DNA from: an uncultured Gemmatimonadales bacterium
GTDB taxonomy: Bacteria; Gemmatimonadota; Gemmatimonadetes; Gemmatimonadales; GWC2-71-9
Assembly: GCA_963697755.1 (NCBI GenBank)
Contig: CAVOPE010000014.1
Coordinates: 107,817 to 171,816, forward strand
Length of the DNA: 64,000 bases
Direction of reading: 5' to 3'
The position numbers and the translations under genes are program-made. Numbering within the stretch: position 1 is the first letter of the stretch; every line of letters begins with the position of its first letter. The notes below the pieces were generated by a model. The model was not told the DNA's origin. It searched no databases and saw only the letters and a list, made by a program, of their open reading frames with translations. Shown piece by piece: positions 61,397 to 64,000 of the stretch.

Positions 61397-63261
61397 GCAT
61401 GATTCCGGACGAGATCGTCGAGCAGGTGCGCGACAGCGCCGACCTGGTCGGCATCATCGGCGAAGCCGTCGAGCTCAAGCGCACCGGCGCCGACTATCGC
61501 GGCCCCTGTCCGTTCCACGGTGGCACCCACCGCAACTTCGCCGTCATCCCCAAGAAAGGCCGCTACTACTGCTTCGTGTGCCACGAGAGCGGGGACGTCT
61601 TCTCGTGGCTCATGAAGCGGCTCGGCCTGGACTATCCGACCGCGGTGCGCGAGGTCGCGCGACGCGTCGGGATCGTCATCCCCGAGCGCGCCGCGCGCGC
61701 GGGGCCTGACCCGCTCGAGCCACTGTTCGGCGCGGTGGCCGTAGCCCAGGACTGGTTCACCCGGCAGCTGCTCGAGTCGGCGGACGCCAAGACCGCTCGG
61801 GAATATCTCGAGGGCCGCGACGTGCCGATCGACACCGCGGCGGTGCACGGGCTCGGCTTCGCGCCGCCCGGCAAGGCCTTCCTCGCGGCGATGGCCCAGC
61901 TCGGCATCGAGCAGACCGTGCTGATCGACGCGGGGCTCGCCGCGGTGCGGGATGACGGCAGCGTGATCCCCCGGTTCCGCTCGCGGCTCCTGTTCCCGAT
62001 TCACGATCTCCGGGGACGCGTGGCCGGGTTCGGCGGCCGGCTGCTGGGTCCGGGAGAGCCCAAGTACCTCAACTCGCCGGAGAACGCGATCTTCCACAAG
62101 GGTCGCCAGCTCTACAACCTGCACCAGGCGAAGAGCGCCATCCGAAAGGAGGAGTCGGTCATCCTCGTGGAAGGGTATCTCGACGTGCTGCGGCTGGTGT
62201 GGGCCGGCATCGAGCACGTCGTCGCGCCGCTCGGCACCGCCCTCACGCCGGACCAGGGGACCCTGCTTCGCCGCTTCGCGCCGGCGGCCGTGCTGCTCTA
62301 CGACAGCGATCAGGCCGGGCTCCGCGCCACGTTCCGCGCGGGCGACGAGCTGCTCCGCCACGGTGTCCGCGTGCGAGTGGCCACCATGCCCGCCGGCGAC
62401 GATCCCGACACGCTCGTGCGCCGGGGTGGGGCGGCGGCGCTGGAGCCGATCCTCGGCGACGCCATCGATCTGCTCGAGCGGAAGCTTCAGCTGCTGGAGC
62501 AGAAGGGCTGGTTCGAAGGGGTGGACCATCAGCGCGATGCGCTCGACCGGCTGCTGCCGACCATCCGCGCCGCCGCCGACCCGATCACCCGTGACCTGTA
62601 CCTGAAGGAAGTCTCCGAGCGCACGGGGGTCAGTCGCGAGACGCTGCTCCGTCAGGTCACCGCACGCCCGGCGCCCGGCACGGGGGCGGGGTCGGGGCCG
62701 GTCTCGGGGAGGGAGCAGGGACCTGGACGTCCGGACGGCCAAGGCAACGGCGATGCGCACCGCGCGCGCTCCCCCGGTCGGGCGCGCCGAGCCAGCGCGG
62801 CCGAACGGGATCTGCTGAGGGTGCTGATGAAAGACCGCGCGTGGATCCAGCGCGCGGCGCAGGAGGTGCCGCCCGAGCGCGTGGAAACCCCGGCGTTTCG
62901 TGAGGTGTACGAGGCGTTGCTTCGCAGTCCCGAAAACGCGGGGTCCCAAATATTCTTGGAAGAGCTGTCCCCGCTCGCCCAGCGCGCCTGGGCCTGGCTG
63001 GACAGCGTGGAAAGGAAGTACGGGTCGCCTGACCTGGACCGGATGTACGTCGGGGCGTGCAACGAGCTCGAGATCCGACCGCTCCGCCGCCAGCTCGCGA
63101 CGCTCAACCGTCAGCTCCGCGAGCGGGACCGGGCGATGACCGCCGAAGATTTTGACACGCTGATTCAGGAGCGTACCCGATTGAACCGGGAAATCCTCCA
63201 GCGGTTTCCCGAGGAGCAACAGAAACGATCGATTCGGAAAGGCGATGTCGATGCACGCTGA
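61393..63261 (+). CDS. dnaG: DNA primase
   Basis: ORF 61393..63261 (GTG overlapping the mutS2 TGA; alternative ATG 61399). Zinc finger CPFHGGTHRNFAVIPKKGRYYCFVCHESGD. TOPRIM VILVEGYLDVL ... LLYDSDQAG. Confidence 0.93.
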   Translation: MSMIPDEIVEQVRDSADLVGIIGEAVELKRTGADYRGPCPFHGGTHRNFAVIPKKGRYYCFVCHESGDVFSWLMKRLGLDYPTAVREVARRVGIVIPERAARAGPDPLEPLFGAVAVAQDWFTRQLLESADAKTAREYLEGRDVPIDTAAVHGLGFAPPGKAFLAAMAQLGIEQTVLIDAGLAAVRDDGSVIPRFRSRLLFPIHDLRGRVAGFGGRLLGPGEPKYLNSPENAIFHKGRQLYNLHQAKSAIRKEESVILVEGYLDVLRLVWAGIEHVVAPLGTALTPDQGTLLRRFAPAAVLLYDSDQAGLRATFRAGDELLRHGVRVRVATMPAGDDPDTLVRRGGAAALEPILGDAIDLLERKLQLLEQKGWFEGVDHQRDALDRLLPTIRAAADPITRDLYLKEVSERTGVSRETLLRQVTARPAPGTGAGSGPVSGREQGPGRPDGQGNGDAHRARSPGRARRASAAERDLLRVLMKDRAWIQRAAQEVPPERVETPAFREVYEALLRSPENAGSQIFLEELSPLAQRAWAWLDSVERKYGSPDLDRMYVGACNELEIRPLRRQLATLNRQLRERDRAMTAEDFDTLIQERTRLNREILQRFPEEQQKRSIRKGDVDAR

Positions 63262-63970
63262 TCTTGTCAAGCTCCTCGACCTCCAGGCCAAGGACGCTAC
63301 CGTCGCGGACGTGGATCGGCGGCTGACGGAGCTGAAAACCGAGGCCGCCACGCTCGACGCGGCCGTGCAGCGCGCCCGGGACGCGCTGGACGGGGCCCGT
63401 CGGGCCGCGGCCGAGGGCGCCCGACGGCGGGACGAGCTGGAGGCCAAGGTCGAGAGCTACCGCGTGCTCCAGGACCGCCGGGTGCAGCGCCTCGAGTCGG
63501 TGCGCAATCCCAAGGAGGCCTCCACGCTCATGGCCGAGCTCGACCTGGCCCGCTCGGTCATGGCCAAGGAGGAGAACGAATGGGTCCGGAGCGCGGAGGC
63601 CGTCACCGTGCTCGAGCGCAAGGTCGGCGAGGAGGAGACCAAGGTGGCCGCGGTGGACCTCGAGCAGGCGCCCGAGCGCGCTCGGCTGGAGGAACGGCGG
63701 CGCGCGCTCGAAGCGGAGCGCGAGGCGGCCGTGCAGCAGCGGGAGGCGAGCGCGGAGCAGATCGACAAGCCGCTCCGGACCCGCTACGACCGCCTCCGTC
63801 GATCGCGCGCACGCGACGTGATCGTGCCCCTGGTCGGCGGGACCTGCGGGGCCTGCCACACGTCCGTTCCACTCAACCGGCGCAGCCAGATCCGAAGCGG
63901 CGCCATTCTGGACGGCTGCGAGGGCTGCGGCGCGATCCTGTACCCGGCCGACGGCGCAGGGTCGGCGTGA
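63245..63970 (+). CDS. coiled-coil protein with C-terminal C4 zinc ribbon (COG1579/DUF164-like)
   Basis: ORF 63245..63970. Long heptad-like region, then CGACHTSVP...CEGCGAILY. Confidence 0.8.
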   Translation: MSMHADLVKLLDLQAKDATVADVDRRLTELKTEAATLDAAVQRARDALDGARRAAAEGARRRDELEAKVESYRVLQDRRVQRLESVRNPKEASTLMAELDLARSVMAKEENEWVRSAEAVTVLERKVGEEETKVAAVDLEQAPERARLEERRRALEAEREAAVQQREASAEQIDKPLRTRYDRLRRSRARDVIVPLVGGTCGACHTSVPLNRRSQIRSGAILDGCEGCGAILYPADGAGSA

Positions 63971-64000
63971 GCCGCCCGCTGCGCGGTATCCTGTCGTGGT

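Noticed and set aside
1-64000. Prophage, transposon, integron, CRISPR-Cas, toxin-antitoxin or restriction-modification modules
   Set aside because: I recognised no integrase, transposase, Cas, terminase, or paired small toxin/antitoxin ORFs. The three SAM methyltransferases look like small-molecule/sugar class I enzymes without DNA-methylase motifs (no DPPY/NPPY or PCQ motifs seen).
63967-64000. Possible start of a further gene (GTG 63967 overlapping the zinc-ribbon gene stop; VSRPLRGILSW...)
   Set aside because: Only 11 codons are visible before the window ends, which is too little to support a call.

Overview
High-GC (about 68-70% by eye) chromosomal segment from a diderm bacterium. Gene content and protein style suggest a soil lineage such as Gemmatimonadota, but that is an unverified guess.

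Layout:
- (a) 1-3.6 kb: a MoxR/DUF58 operon whose reading frames are broken many times, abutting a 3'-truncated isocitrate-lyase-family gene.
- (b) 3.8-31.9 kb: a roughly 28-kb Wzx/Wzy-type polysaccharide locus. It holds a WbpB-like oxidoreductase, rmlA-C-D, a stub of a lost rmlB and then a complete lower-GC rmlB. It also holds a MurJ-like flippase, two SAM methyltransferases, several glycosyltransferases, a TolB-like lipoprotein and a DUF115-like/GT8 fusion. The rest comprises a Wzy-like polymerase, a DegT aminotransferase, a HAD hydrolase, an ATP-grasp ligase, a PglC-like initiating transferase, Wzz, a heavily frame-broken CapD/PglF-like dehydratase and a giant Wza/OPX.
- (c) 32-49.6 kb: mixed genes. 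These are a fasciclin protein, a Ser/Thr-kinase-STAND-TPR protein, and a tRNA(CAT) 5' fragment plus a 1-kb low-GC islet plus the intact tRNA(CAT). There follow a TauE exporter, a decayed lipoprotein remnant, an M28/PSMA-like peptidase, an HI0933-like flavoprotein and an Ig-repeat lipoprotein. The block ends with tRNA-Val(CAC), an orphan gene, a heptose kinase and a Wzi-like barrel.
- (d) 49.7-64 kb: housekeeping genes. These are CMD-family, obg, dprA, hemW, DUF326, hrcA-dnaJ-prmA-rsmE, HIT and rpsU-yqeY-mutS2-dnaG-zinc ribbon.

I recognised no rRNA, CRISPR array, transposase, integrase or phage genes.

Most unusual observations:
- Inverted arrays of a 9-bp tandem repeat inside mutS2.
- The tRNA-fragment/low-GC islet.
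- The rmlB stub, which marks a cassette junction.
- A PglC/E/F-like set with ATP-grasp+HAD in place of an acetyltransferase.

Roughly two dozen frame disruptions exist. They fall in two dense patches plus single hits in obg, dnaJ, dprA, one GT4 gene and the lipoprotein remnant (two). This argues for indel-type sequence error at least in part. All protein-family calls come from motif recognition by eye; no searches were run.
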